NCBI GenBank assembly: GCA_030390025.1
Contig: CM059432.1
Coordinates: 87,980,001-88,044,000 of the forward strand
Direction: 5' to 3'
Length of the DNA: 64,000 nucleotides
DNA from: Squalus acanthias
Taxonomy: Eukaryota
The translations under genes were made by a program, and so were the position numbers. Below are positions 24,455 to 38,246 of this stretch, piece after piece (position 1 is the stretch's first letter; each line of letters begins with the position of its first letter). The notes below the pieces were generated by a model that was not told the DNA's origin, searched no databases, and saw only the letters and a program-made list of their open reading frames with translations.

Positions 24455-27400
24455 GGGGTGAAATTGGGCTCAGTAGCGCCAGTTTTTTGGGTGCTATGGG
24501 TCCCCTTAAGGTTCCAAAATGCTACCCGCAGCATGCGTGCACACTTATGACACAAAGTGTGCCCAATGCCATATTGGTAAAGGGGTTAGCGCACACCTAA
24601 CGTCCGCTGGAAGTATGCAGAGCAGGCAGATCATGACGTCAATCAATGTGCAATGCTGATTTGACGCCACACAGCCATTTTGGAGCTCCACGCTCTAGCC
24701 TACACCCTCTCTTAACCTCCCACAGCTGAACACACATTCAATGGCATGAAGGATCCCCCACCAACACTATTTAAAGGGATCATCAACTTCTTACAGGTTA
24801 GTTGCTGGATTATTTCTTCTGGCTTTTGCTGCAATCTATACATTTTGGGTGCTTTTCTATACTTGTTAAAAGTTTCAGTAATCTACAGGGAGTGGTCTGG
24901 CTGGTGCTGAAGTACTTTTTAGGTGACTTGCGCACAAACCAGTTGCTTCCAGACATGGGTGACCTAGTAGGGCTTCCTCTTGGCATTGAGCATGTTGGGA
25001 GAATGAGCAGAGGTCATACAGAGCAGGACAAGCTGCTAGAAAGGGGAGGAGGGGGAGAAGGGCTCTCAGCAGGAGGCCATATCCGCAGAGGGTCTTTAGG
25101 AAACAGATCTGTTGGAGAACAGATTGCAGGAGTGCTATGACACCCTGGAAGCTCCTTTGCAAACTGGTATCCAGAGCCATGATGGCAGCAGTCTGAGCTT
25201 CCATGGCAACAAGCTGAAATTGCATGACAGCAGTCTGAGATTCCACTGCAGCACTCAGACATTGGGTGGCTGCTGCTTGTGCTGCAATGAAAGCTGAGAC
25301 ATCGGCCATCAGACGATGTATCATGGTTGGCTCCACAGGTGTGTTGATGGAGGTGGCCACCCATTCCATGTTGGAAAGGATGGGCTCCAAGTTTTGTGCA
25401 AAGTCCTGTGCCAAGTTGGCGCCGGACTCCTCAATGCTCCTTGACATTGAACGCAGGGTTTCTGGCAGGCTTTCCAGTGCACCAAGCATTGAGGTATGTA
25501 TACCCATCAGCCTTCTTCTGTAGTCTGACACCACAAAGTCATCATCTGACTCCTCTGCAGCAAAATTAGTGTGTGACCTCGCCCTCTGGCGAGCTGGCAC
25601 CTGCGCTGTCCTTTCCCCCTGCCCTGGCTGCAGCGCACTTTTGCCTGGTGTCTCACCACGTGCAGATCCCACCTCTATCCTATCCTCTAAACTACGTTCA
25701 GTGTCAGTATCTGAGCTGGAGGCTGCGACTGTGCAATTGAATGACGGTGTGTCTTCACTTTCACTGTCATCTTGCTCTTCCTCCACTGCCTGGGCAGGTA
25801 GCAGTTCTTGGGTATCTGAAATGAAAAAGGGAAAAGGGTAGGGTTGTGGTGACGGGGGAGTAGAAAGTAAGAAGTGCATGCTCAAACCATCGGCAGCTTC
25901 TCAGTCAGAACAGACTGTGGGATGAGGGAGAAGTGGGATGAGAGAAGGAGGATTAGGTATGTGGATACCCTCATCTTCAATGGCTTCAGCCCTGCCATTG
26001 GCCACGGCCTCAGCAATAGCCCTTCCCATAATGGCCAGCACCGTTTTTTCCATGGGGGTTAGAACATGCAGGTGTGCCTCTCCCCCTCTGGTTAGTTCCT
26101 GCTACCTTTGTCTGTGCGCCACCTTCTCCTACAAGAGAGAGGGAAGAGTGTCAGTGAGTGTCGTGCAATCTGTTTGGATGATGTGGCTTTCATAGTTGAA
26201 TAGCTGCCAGTGTGTGCAAGCTGTGAGATGTGGGTTTGAGGCTTGCAATAGTGCTAAGTGTGTGAGGGTGAGGTGAAGCATATGAATGTTAGGTATCAGT
26301 TCTGATTGATAGAGATTGTTGGTAGGTGAGTGATGGGGTGTGGTGAATTGAGCAGTGGCTGAGGCTAGAGGTGCAGTTGGTAGGATATGGCATTTGAAGA
26401 TGCATTCACTGACCTTGACCACATGTGTGAGATCATTAAACTTCTTTCGGCACTGCATCCAGGTCCTTGGGGCTATACTCCTGGCATTGACCTCCGCCAC
26501 TATCTGTTCCCACTGCCTTTTCATCATATGTCTGGAGGGTCTCCTGTCCCCCTGAGGATACAGGAAATCTCTCCTCCTTTCCACCTCCTCCACCAAGACC
26601 TCCAGTGCAGTGTCCAAAAACCTGGGGGCCTGCTCTTTCCCATGGCCAGCCATTGATCTCTCTTTCCCAAGTCAGATTCAGTTGCAGAACGACTCCCAGC
26701 ACCTGCTGCAGCCACAATGTACATTCCCTTTAAGTAGTGCAAGCTAGTTTTAAGAAGTGCAGCAACAACAACAACTTGTATTTATATAGCGCCTTTAACG
26801 TAGTAAAACATCCCAAGCCGCTTCACAGGAGTGTTATAAGACAAAAAAAATTGACACCAAGCCACATAAGAAATTAGGGCAGATGACCAAAAGCTTGGTC
26901 AAAGAGGTAGGTTTTAAGGAATGTCTTAAAGGAGGAAAGAGAGGTAGAGAGGCGGAGAGGTTTAGGGAGGGAATTCCAGAGCTTAGGGCCTAGGCAACAG
27001 AAGGCACAGCCACCAATGGTTGAGCGATTATAATCAGGGATGTGCAAGAGGGCAGAATTAGAGGAGCGCAGATATCTCGGGGGCTTGTGGAGCTGAAGGA
27101 GATTACAAAGATAGGGAGGGGCAAGACCATGGAGGGATTTAAAAACAAAGATGACAATTTTGAAATCAAGGCATTGCTTAACCGGGAGCCAATGTAGGTC
27201 AGCGAGCACAGGGGTGATGGGTGAACGGGACTTGGTGCAAGTTAGGACACAGGCAGCCGAGTTTTGGATGACCTCAAGTTTACGTAGGGTAGAATGTGGG
27301 AGGCCAGCCAGGAGTGTGTTGGAATAGTGAATTCTAGAGGTAACAAAGGCATGGATGAGGGTTTCAGGCTGAGGCAGGGGCGGAGACAGGCAATGTTATG

Positions 27401-29160
27401 GAGGTGGAAATAGGCATTCTTAGTTATGCCACGGATACGTGGTCGGAAGCTCATTTCAGGGACAACTATGACACCAAGGTTGCGAACAATCTGGTTCAGC
27501 CTCAGACAGATGCTAGGGAAGAGGGTTGGAGTTGGTGGCTAGGGAACAGAGTTTGTGGCGGAGACCAAAGACAATGGCTTTGGTCTTCCCAATATTTAAT
27601 TGGAGAAAATTTCTGCTCATCCAGTACTGGATGTCGGACAAACAGTGTGTCAATTTAGAGACCGTGGAGGGGTCGAGAGAGAAGTGGTGCTGAGGTAGAG
27701 CTGGGTGTCGACAGCATACATGTGAAAACTGACGCCATGTTTTCGGATGATGTCGCTGAGGGGCAGCATATAGATGAGAAATAGGAGGGGGCCAAGGATA
27801 GATCCTTGGGGGACCCCAGAGGTAATGATGCAGGAGTGGGAAGAGAAGCCATTGCAGGTGATTTCCTGGCTATGATTAGATAGATAAGAATGGAACCAGA
27901 CGAGAGCAGTCCCACCCAGCTGGACGATGGTGGAGAGGCGTTGGAGGAGGATGGAGTGGTCAACCATGTCAAAGGTTGCAGACAGGTCGAGAAGGACGAG
28001 GAGGGATAGTTTACCTTTGTCACAGTCACATAGGATATCATTTGTGACTTTGATGAGAGCTGTTTCGGTACTGTGACAGGGGCGGAAACCGGATTGGAGG
28101 GATTTAAACATGGAGTTCTGGGAAAGATGGGCACGGATTTGGGAGGTGACAACACGTTCAAGGACTTTGGAGAGGAAAGGGAGGTTGGAGTTGGGGCGGT
28201 AGTTTGCAAGGACGGAGGGGTCAAGGGTTGCTTTTTGAGGAGGGGTGATGACGGCAGATTTGAAGGAGAGGGGGACAGTACCTGAGGAGAGCGAACTGTT
28301 AACATTGTCAGCTAACATGGGAACCAGAAAATGAAGTTGTGTGGTCAGCAGTTTAGTGGTAATAGGATCGAGGGAGCAGGAAGTGGATCTCATGGACAGG
28401 ATAAGCGTGGAGAGGTCAAGAGGGGAGATCGGAGAGAAACTGCAGAATTATGCGAGTTCAGGGCTAGGGCAGGGGTGAACCTTAGAGGAAGTTTGGCCCG
28501 GTGGGCTAGGGGAAGGAAGGGAAGTAGCAGAGGCAGCTGATTGGATGGTCTCAATCTTCGAGACAAAGAAGTCCAGGAGCTCCTCGCACTTGTTGTTGGA
28601 GGTGAGTGTGGAGGAGACAGGGTGAAGGGGTTTAAGAAGACGGTGAGCAGTAGAAAATAGTAGCCGTGGGTTATCTTTGCATTGCAGAATGATCCTGGAA
28701 TAGTGAGCAGTTTTGGCAAACAAGAGTAGGACCCGATAATGCTTTATGTGGTCCAGCCAAATCTGGCGGTGAATGGCTAAACCAGTTGTCTGCCATATCC
28801 GTTCAAGTCTGCATCCCTTGAACTTGAGGGAGCGAAGATGTGGGCCATACCAGTGGGAACGGCCAGGGTGAGAGAGAGTAATGGTTTTAATAGGGACTAG
28901 GGCATCAAAGGTGGTGGTGAGGGTGTGGTTGGGCAGATCGGTAGCTGCAGAAATGTCGTGGTGAATGGAGGGCCATAGGCCGGACAAGTTAGCAACGATA
29001 TTGGGCCCCCTGCTGATGCATGCAGCCAATGAACAGTGCGGGAAGCGCTGGCTGCACCTAAAAATCATTATCATGTCGCCTGCATTCCACTCAACGAGCG
29101 TGGGTTAATCGCGCATCGTGATCCCTGTGTCCATTTGCTGGTGCTAACCAATTTATGTCC
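24455..29160. mobile_element. Internally deleted Harbinger (Myb pseudogene on -, transposase 5' remnant on +) split by an L2
   Basis: Ends GGGGTGAAATTGG / CCAATTTATGTCC; Myb exon 26653-26414 (APRFLDTAL...RTWMQCRKKFNDL), exon 2 from 26128 with a stop; RRPYPQRVFRKQ near 25072-25107; CR1 sequence resumes on both sides. Confidence 0.75.
26767..28990 (-). mobile_element. L2 LINE, 5'-truncated
   Basis: ANYRP.SNLPFLSKVLER, QSGFRPCHSTETALIKV, LLDLSATFDMVDH, GVPQGSILGPLLF, LHWLPVKQ; tail GCGCTATATAAATACAAG(TTG)n; probable TSD AGCAAC. Confidence 0.92.
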
Positions 29161-29494
29161 ATGTTTATAAAAGGTTTTAGGGTTCAAATTAATGTTGCCT
29201 GCTAATCTTTTCTTGTAACCTCTGTTTCAAATCCTTCCCATACTTTCCATAATCTTCCTAGTTATTAACTGAATCTTGCCCCTGATATTTGTCATAAGCC
29301 TCCTTTTTCTGTTTTTTTTAAACTTTGGATGCTCTGCCTTTTCCCTTCAAAGGAATATGCCTAGTTGATACCTGAACTATCTCTTCCCTGAATGCCTTCC
29401 ATTGCTTCATTACTGCTTTACACTGAAATTGCCTTTTCCAATCTACCTGTGCTGAGTCCCTTCTTAAATCACTTCAATTAGCTCTTTCCCAGTT

Positions 29495-30985
29495 TTTTTA
29501 AATTTGTTTATGGGATGTGGGCGTCGCTGGCAAGGCCAGCATTTATTGCCCATCCCTAATTGCCCTTGAGAAGGTGGTGGCGAGCTGCCTTCTTGAACCG
29601 CTGCAGTCCGGGTGGTGAAGGTGCTCCCACAGTGCTGTTAGGGAGGGAGTTCCAGGATTTTGACCCAGCAACGATGAAGTATCAGCGATATATTTCCAAG
29701 TCAGGATGGCGTGTGACTTGGAGGGGAACTTGGAGGTGGTGGTGTTCCCATGTGCCTGCTGCCCTTATCCTTTTAGGTGGAAGAGGTCGCGGGTTTTGGA
29801 CGTGCTGCCGAAGAAGCCTTGGCGAGTTGCTGCAGTGCATCTTGAAGATGGTACACACTGCAGCCACAGTACGCCAGTGGTGGAGGGAGTGAATGTTTAA
29901 GGTGGTGGATCGGGTGCCAATCAAGCGGGCTGCTTTGTCCTGGATGGTGTCGAGCTTCTTGAGTGTTGTTGGAGCTGCACTCATCCAGGCAAGTGGAGAG
30001 TATTCCATCACACTCCTTACTTGTGCCTTGTAGATGGTGGCAAGGCTTTGGGGAGTCAGGAGGTGAGACACTCGCCGCAGAATACCTAGCCTCTGACCAG
30101 CTCTTGTTGCCAAAGTTTTTATGTGGCTGGTCCAGTTAAGTTTCTGGTGAATGGTGACCCCCAGGATGTTGATGGTGGGGGATTCGGCGATGGTAATGCC
30201 ATTGAATGTCAAGAGGCGGTGGTAAAACTCTCGCTTGTTGGAGATAGTCATTGCCTGGCACTTCTGTGGCGCGAATGTTACCTGCCACGTATCAGCCCAA
30301 GCCTGAACATCGTCCAGGTCTTGTTGCATGCGGGCATGGACTGCTTCATTATCTGAGGAGTTGTGAATGGCACTGAACACTGTGCAGTCATCAGCGAACA
30401 TCCCCATTTCTGACCTTACGTTGGAGGGAAGGTCATTGATGAAGCAGCTGAAGATGGTTGGGCCTAGGACACTGCCCTGAGGAACTCCTGCAGCGATGTC
30501 CTGGGGCTGTGGTGATTGACCTTCAACCACCACAACCATCTTCCTTTGTGCTAGCTATGACTCCAGCCAGTGCAGCGTTTTCCCCCCGATTCCCATTGAC
30601 TTCAGTTTTACTAGGGCTCCTTGATGCCACACTCGATCAAATGCTGCCTTGATGTCAAGGGCAGTCATTCTCACCTCACATCTGGAATTCAGCTCCTTTC
30701 TTCATTTTTGGACCAAGGCTGTAATGAGGTCGGGAGCCGAGTGTCTTGGCGGAACCCAAACTGGGCATCAGTGAGCAGGTTATTGGTGAGCAAGTGCCGC
30801 TTGATAGCACTGTCGACGACACCTTCCATCACTTTGCTGATGATTGAGAGTAGGCTGACGGGGCAGTAATTGGCCGGGTTGGATTTGTCCTGCTTTTTGT
30901 GGACAGGACATACCTGGGCAGTTTTCCACATTGTCGGATAGATGCCAGTGTTGCAGCTGTACTGGAACAGCTTGGCTAGAGGCCC
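29495..30985 (-). mobile_element. 5'-truncated LINE (RT and 3' end), same family as the tRNA-headed copy
   Basis: GVPQGSVLGPTIFSCFINDL, MFADDC, IYKAQVRSVMEYS; 30725-30980 nearly identical to 15970-16230. Confidence 0.9.
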
Positions 30986-33500
30986 CGATGAGCATTTTGC
31001 CTTCGATATTTTCTGGTCTCTTTCCATAATTACTTTAAACCGAATTATGTTGTGGTTACAGTTAGCTAGATAATCTCCTACTGTAACACACTCCACTTGC
31101 CCTACTTCATTTCCCAAAACCAGATCCAACATTGCTTCCTTCCTTGTTGGACTGGAGACATATTGATCAAGAAAGTTCTCCTGTACAAATATCAGAAATT
31201 CCTCTCCTTCCCCACCCTTAGCACTGTGTTTTTCCCAGCCTATATTAGGGTAATTAAAGTCTCCTAATATTACTACTCTGATTTTGTTACACGCCTTTGA
31301 AATTTGCCGACAAATTTGCTCATCTATCTCTTTCTCACTGTTTGGAGCTTTATAAAAACCTCGCAACAATGTAACAGCTCCCCCTCTGTTTCTCAACTCA
31401 AGCCAAACAGATTCAGTCCTAGAACCATCCTTTCTATTTAGAACTGTAACATCACCCTTAATCAATACTGTTACACCCCCTCATCATTTTCCTTCTCTAT
31501 CATTCCTGAATACTTGGGGCTTGGTTTTACGAACCTCGGTAGGTCCATGGTGGGCGATGTTGGTGGTGGGTCCCGACCCCGCTGCTGTCTCTATCCCGGC
31601 CTCTGAAATGAATTTACCGTGATTGGGCTTGTTAAGCCCGCTCAGCGAGTTTGCCTGCCGATTAGAGGAAGTGGGTCTGGTGACGTCATTTGATGACGTG
31701 TCATCAGCCGGTTTCCTTAAAGGGACCACGGCCAACTTTCTTTTGACATTTGTGCTGTCAGTGTTCTACAGCATTGAGGTGCTGCAAACACTGACAAGCA
31801 CTGCACAGAGGTGCAGGGCTGCACCTAGGCTCTCCCATGACTCCCTCCATATGTTTATGTAGGGAGTCACAGCACACAGGGAGGTCCTCTTCCCTTCCCA
31901 TGGGCGGAAGAGACCTCCCTAGGAGATCAACACAGCCTGGTTGCACATTGCAGAGGAGGGTACAAGCAAGGATGTGGTCAGGAGGATCTGGGTGCAGTGC
32001 TGCAAATGATTCAATAATCTCAGTAGATCATGAAATGTTAGTACAAAGCCATGCTCAACCTCATCCTGCTGTGCCTCTCATCACATCCCCATCACGCTGC
32101 CTTCCCTACCCTACTCCTGCACATCCTTACTTACCTTGCACCTCCACCCATCCCTCTCTATCTACATTATCACATCCCCATCTCACTAGCAACCCCTCAC
32201 ACTCACCCTCATCCTAGTGCAATCATACCAACTAACAACACACAAGGTTAGGCACTTGGGTGTTTTATGCAATGTTCATGTAAAGTTTCTGTTAACGTGG
32301 TGTCAAAAATTCAAACCTTTATTTTCAACACTTTGCATTCTTGGACTGATTTGTGTGCACCTTTGGAAGTGGATAAGTGAGTTGCAGTGAATAGTGAGAC
32401 ATAATGGTACCCCCCGCAATGGCGATGAGCGTGAAAGGAATGGCTTGGGCATTGTAGGGATGCTTTATGGTGCTGGTCTGGGGTGGTGCCAACCTGGCGC
32501 ATCATGTGGCAGCCAGGGTGTACAGCATCAAGTGAAGTAAATCTGGCCATGGAGATGCCATCTCTGACCTCCCGGGCAGCAATGTGGTTGGGTGCTGATG
32601 CCCTGTGTCCTGTGCAGCATCAGTTGATTGCGGAGAAGGTTGGTGTTGTTGCTGGTGCTGCTGGTGTGCCTGGTGCTGCTGGTGTGCCTGGTGATGTTGG
32701 TGTGCCTGGTGATGCTGGTGTTGAGGCTGATCGTGGTGGGATTCTGAGGACCAAGGTGAAAGAGTTTCAAGGGCACCCATGATGATGGGATAGATGGCAG
32801 GTGAAGTAGAGATGATAGAAGTGATCTGTCAATGTGGGAAAGGTAATGAGGTCAGACTGGATGGAGACTTCTGTAAAGACTTGCAACATCCTGAATCTGT
32901 AGTGGAAATACAGTTTAGAGAAGCTCGTGGTTAAGGGAACATTTCTCAATCAGCTGGGAGCTTCGACTTGACATTTGAAGCTGTCAACTCATCAGCTGAT
33001 TCAATGGCCACTGACCTCCCGCCTCAGCTTCACAGACGTGATCTAGGCACTGCAGGAAGCCGGTGGGCGACCTGACAAATGCAAAAATCTGGAAAAAAAA
33101 TTGATAAGTGGCTGTAAACAAGCCACTAATGATTTTAATTGCCTCCCCCGCCGCTGCGTATCGGGTCTGCTCAGCACTGACAGGCCCGACATTTGGTAAA
33201 GGTGCGTGGTGACGGGTTCACAGCGGGGTCCCGACCCACTGGGGGAAAAAAACACTTTCCCACCCGACCCACCACCGATCGCGCCTGCTGACCCCGTGCA
33301 AAATCCAGCCCTTGGTAACCAAGAAAATTAAGAACCTGTTCCTGGCCTTGTTTGAGCCATGTCTCTGTTAATGCAACCACGTCATAATCCCATTTGTACC
33401 TGCAGCTCACCAACTTTATGTGTTAAACTACAGACATTGATGTACATACAATTTAATACCTTCTTTGTCACTTTTGCTATTTTCCTCAATCTGGTCCCTC
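30986..33500 (-). mobile_element. CR1 endonuclease region (continuation of the fragmented CR1), split by a Harbinger derivative
   Basis: YDVVALTETWL near 33370; ESVWLELRN, VILGDFNYPNIGW, ENFLDQYVSSPTRKEAMLDLVL. Confidence 0.8.
31517..33311. mobile_element. Non-autonomous Harbinger deletion derivative
   Basis: TIRs GGGCTTGGTTTT / AAAATCCAGCCC; TSD TTG; Myb exon-1 remnant 31800-32040 (+); transposase N- and C-terminal remnants 32780-32530 (-) with an 18-bp His/Gln repeat. Confidence 0.82.
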
Positions 33501-34593
33501 AGGTAAGTCCTGGAAAGGGGGGCAAAGGACAGTGGGGGGGGGGGGGGTGGAGGGGGGCTGATCACGGCAGCAGCCGGCGGGAGAATTGTTACCCGGGATG
33601 AATTATGGAGCTGGGTGAGCATCCTGCTCTCTCTGGCTCCACAGAAATATAAAATAAAATTTCACTTTCAGTTTCAGTGGCAGCCGCTGGCTCGACCGCA
33701 TCAATGTCCCAAAAACCTGAGCAGAGCATGCGGCCCGAGACCTGCTCCGCTCAGGGCAGTCCAATTTCTTGTAAGTGTCCTGAAACAGGCGTTAGGCCCC
33801 TCGTTAGCATATGCAAGAGGCCAAACACCTGTTTTAGATGACAATCTGGACGCCTGAAAAATGGCCAATTTTGGGTGAGATGTTTTTCAGGCATCCTTGG
33901 GGTACCGGAAGTTGCACCCCCAAATTGGTCCTTTTTGCACCCATTCTATGCCTGTAAAACGGGCACAACAAAGACCAATTTCTATTCCAATTTGTCAGTC
34001 TTAAATTTCTCTCTCCACTTCTTGCTTCTTAAGCATAGAATTCTGGCTGTTATCTTGAAGAAATTCGTGTTTTTAATTAAAATGGCATTTTTTTTTGCAA
34101 AGCAAACTCAGTTTAATTTATGCCTGTTATTCCAGACACCGTACTTGGAACCTTTATTTCTGTTGTAACTTCAATAAATGTCCACAAGATGGCTACTGTT
34201 CCTTTTGGTATTCAAATGCAAGGCAAAAATAGCATTTCTTAAAGAGGTTATTCAAAAGCAAAAGATAAAGACGTCTCTAAAGGGCCAATTTTGCAAGTCA
34301 GTGCTTCCGGACTATTAAACTTAAAGGTACTTTAGGCAGACTTTCTGCATTAAATCTGTGCAGTTCTGCTCAGTTGTTTGCACTCCCATTTAGTACCACT
34401 GGACTCAATGTTAAAAACCCATGATGGACAGGAGACAGTTAAAAGTAAAAAAATCGCGAAATGCGACCCCAACCCGCCGTGTATGCGCCTGCTGACATTT
34501 TTACGGTGGTGGGTTGCGAGACTTGTCTGTGTGCCGTCTTGGAGAAGCAGGACACTTCCTTATATTTTAATATTTAAATCAGACTCCCACAGT

Positions 34594-35152
34594 GGAACAT
34601 AGGAACAGGAGTAGGCCATTCATCTCCTCGAGCCTGTTCCGCCATTCAATGAGATCATGGCTGATCTGCGACCTAACTCCATATACCCGCCTTTGGCCCA
34701 TATCCCTTAATACAAAAAGCTATCAATCTCAGATTTAAAATTAACAATTGATCTAGCATCAATTGCCATTTGTGGGAGAGTGTTCCAAATTTCTACCACC
34801 CTTTGAATGGAGAAGTGTTTCCTAATTTCACTCCTGAAAGGTCTGGCTCTAATTTTTAGACTGTGCCCCCTAGTCCTAGACTCCCCAACCAGCGGAAATA
34901 GTTTCTCTCTATCTACCCTATCTGTTCCCCTTAATATCTTGAAAACTTCAATCAGATCACCCCTTAACCTTCTAAATTCGAGGGAATACAACCCTAATTT
35001 GTGCAATCTCTCCTCGTAATTTAACCCATGGAGTCGAGGTATCATTCTGGTAAACCTACGCTGCACTCCCCCCAAGGCCAATGTATCCTTCCTAAAGTGT
35101 GGTGACCAGAACTGCTCACAGTACTCCAGGTGTGGTCTAACCAGAGTTTGGT
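34594..35152 (-). mobile_element. CR1 3' fragment
   Basis: YQTLVRPHLEYCEQFWSP...RRLRGDLIEVFKI...TRGHSLKI plus CR1 tail. Confidence 0.9.
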
Positions 35153-35362
35153 ATATCTGCAATTGGGAGCCTGATTTAAATTTAACAGATGCCAGCCAGG
35201 TTTCCCAGGGGTCGGGAAAACCAGCAGCAAAATGGATATGGGAGCAGTTGGCTGGAAAAGATAAATGCTTTTTAGAGCACTGCTTGTGGGCCAGGAGGAG
35301 CAGGAGTGCTCCGCATGGCCCCTCAAGCAAATCTCCTACTGATCGCTGCCTCTCCTCGCAGC

Positions 35363-37560
35363 CACGATCGGCCGACGCCCCCCAAACCCCCGATCTCAAG
35401 TATTCTGCCTCACGATCCCCCCCCCCCCCCAACCCCCGATCTCAAGTATTCTGCCTCACGATCGGCCGAGCCCCCAAACCCCCGATCTCAAGTATTCTGC
35501 CTCATGATCGGCCCCTCCCCAAACCCCCGATCTCAAGTATTCTGCCTCACGATCGCACCCCCCCAAACCCCCGATCTCAAGTATTCTGCCTCACGATCGA
35601 CCCCTCCCCAAACCCCCGATCTCAAGTATTCTGCCTCACGATCGCACCCCCCCAAACCCCCGATCTCAAGTATTCTGCCTCACGATCGGCCGAGCCACCA
35701 AACCCCCGATCTCAAGCCGTCTGCCTCGTGATCGACCCCTCCCCAAACCCCCGATCTCAAGTATTCTGCCTCACGATCGCACCCCCCCAAACCCCCGATC
35801 TCAAGTATTCTGCCTCACGATCGGCCGAGCCACCAAACCCCCGATCTCAAGCCGTCTGCCTCGTGATCGGCCCCTCCCCAAACCCCCGATCTCAAGCCGT
35901 CTGCCTCACGATCGCCCCCCCAAACCCCCGATCTCAAGTATTCTGCCTCACGATCCCCCCCCCCCCCCAACCCCCGATCTCAAGTATTCTGCCTCACGAT
36001 CGGCCGAGCCCCCAAACCCCCGATCTCAAGTATTCTGCCTCATGATCGGCCCCTCCCCAAACCCCCGATCTCAAGTATTCTGCCTCACGATCGACCCCCC
36101 CCAAACCCCCGATCTCAAGTATTCTGCCTCGTGATTGGCCGACCCCCAAACCCCCGATCTCAAGTATTCTGCCTCGTGATCGGCCGACCCCCAAACCCCC
36201 GATCTCAAGCCGTCTGCCTCACGATCGCCCCCCCAAACCCCTGATCTCAAGTATTCTGCCTCACGATCGCCCCCCCCAAACCCCCGATCTCAAGTATTCT
36301 GCCTCATGATCGGCCCCCCCAAACCCCCGATCTCAAGTATTCTGCCTCACGATCGACCCCCCCCAAACCCCTGATCTCAAGTATTCTGCCTCGTGATCGG
36401 CCGACCCCCAAACCCCCGATCTCAAGTATTCTGCCTCACGATCGGCCGAGCCCCCAAACCCCCGATCTCAAGTATTCTGCCTCACGATCGACCCCTCCCC
36501 AAACCCCCGATCTCAAGTATTCTGCCACACGATCGCCCCCCCCAACCCCCGATCTCAAGTATTCTGCCTCACGATCGCCCCCCCCAAACCCCCGATCTCA
36601 AGTATTCTGCCTCATGATCGGCCCCCCCAAACCCCCGATCTCAAGTATTCTGCCTCACGATCGACCCCCCCCAAACCCCTGATCTCAAGTATTCTGCCTC
36701 ACGATCGACCCCCCCCAAACCCCTGATCTCAAGTATTCTGCCTCACGATCGCACCCCCCCAAACCCCCGATCTCAAGTATTCTGCCTCACGATCGGCCGA
36801 GCCCCCAAACCCCCGATCTCAAGCCGTCTGCCTCGTGATCGGCCCCTCCCCAAACCCCCGATCTCAAGTATTCTGCCTCACGATCGACCCCTCCCCAAAC
36901 CCCCGATCTCAAGTATTCTGCCTCATGATCGCCCCCCCCAAACCCCCGATCTCAAGTATTCTGCCTCACGATCGACCCCCCCAAACCCCTGATCTCAAGT
37001 ATTCTGCCTCATGATCGGCCCCTCCCCAAACCCCCGATCTCAAGTATTCTGCCTCACGATCGGCCCCCCCCAAACCCCCGATCTCAAGTATTCTGCCTCA
37101 CGATTGCGCCCCCCCCAAACCCCCGATCTCAAGTATTCTGCCTCATGATTGGCCCCTCCCCAAATCCCCGATCTCAAGTATTCTGCCTCATGATCGGCCC
37201 CCCCCAAACCCCCGATCTCAAGTATTCTGCCTCACGATCGGCCCCCCCCAAACCCCCGATCTCAAGTATTCTGCTCACGATCGCCCCCCCTCCCCAAACC
37301 CCTGATCTCAAGTATTCTGCCTCACGATCGACCCCTCCCCAAACCCTCGATCTCAAGTATTCTGCTCACGATCGCCCCCCCTCCCCAAACCCCTGATCTC
37401 AAGTATTCTGCCTCACGATCGACCCCCCCTGAAACCCCCGATCTCAAGTATTCTGCCTCATGATCGCCCCCCCAAACCCCCGATCTCAAGTATTCTGCCT
37501 CACGATCGCCCCCCCCCAACCCCCGATCTCAAGTATTCTGCCTCGCGATTGGCCGACCTC
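35363..37560. repeat. Minisatellite, ~45-bp unit, roughly 48-50 copies
   Basis: Core AAACCCCCGATCTCAAGTATTCTGCCTCACGATCG followed by a variable C-rich linker of about 7-11 nt. Confidence 0.97.
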
Positions 37561-38246
37561 CCACCCCCACCTTCAATTCCCGAACTTTCCCTCCCTCCCG
37601 ATTGCTGGTCACTGTCCCCAACGGTCCCAGACTGTGGCCTCCTACTGCTGGCTTTCCCGCCTGGCAGCGCCAGTCTATCAATCTGACCAGCTACCAGGCG
37701 GGAAACAAAATAAAAAATGATAATGAGGTCCTGCTGTTAAATTCAACAGGACCTTCACATCCTCAGGATTTCTGGGTATTCCCCTGTAACCGCGCTCCCA
37801 TGCTCCTTTCCCGCCTCCCCGTAAATATAGAGCCTAACTTAGGCCATCTAATTGGATACTAACTTAAATTATTTTAATACACATTTTAATAAATGGATAT
37901 AGTTCATTTTATTGATGCAAATAACTGCACTAGTGGTAGTTAAACATATTGAGGGGGGGGGGGGGGGGGGGCGGGGTTGGGGGGAGGAATCATGATACCG
38001 GTCACATTAGCCTGTGTTTTGGTGAGATAGAACTTCATGTGTTAGTTACACAGTACAAAAATGCTAAGCCACTGCAATTAGACACAGCATAGGCGATTCT
38101 TGCCAAAAAAATGTATAAAAGTGTAAAAGTATTGTTGAAATCTGAAAGGGACTGCAGAAAATATATTAGCTTGAAAAGGGCTGCAAAAGCTAAGTTACAA
38201 TACAATAGGACATGAAACCCAACAGCACAGGACCGAAGGACTCTAT

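Larger units (their letters stand above)
34401..37833. mobile_element. TIR/MITE-like element hosting a CR1 fragment and the minisatellite
   Basis: Degenerate ends GGACTCAATGTTA / TAAATATAGAGCC; shares GGAGGAGCAGGAGTGCT with the MITE at 49790-50327. Confidence 0.5.

Noticed and set aside
34707..35432. Novel fusion ORF (also 30689-31465, 40781-41377, 60393-61100)
   Set aside because: Chance read-through across junctions of nested repeats.
35363..37560. CRISPR array (constant ~35-nt repeat with variable intervening sequence)
   Set aside because: Linkers are only ~7-11 nt, C-rich and reused; no cas genes; vertebrate context. It is a minisatellite. The gene name CRISPLD is unrelated to CRISPR.
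35248..37720. Pro-rich ORFs over the array
   Set aside because: Translations of the tandem repeat in several frames.
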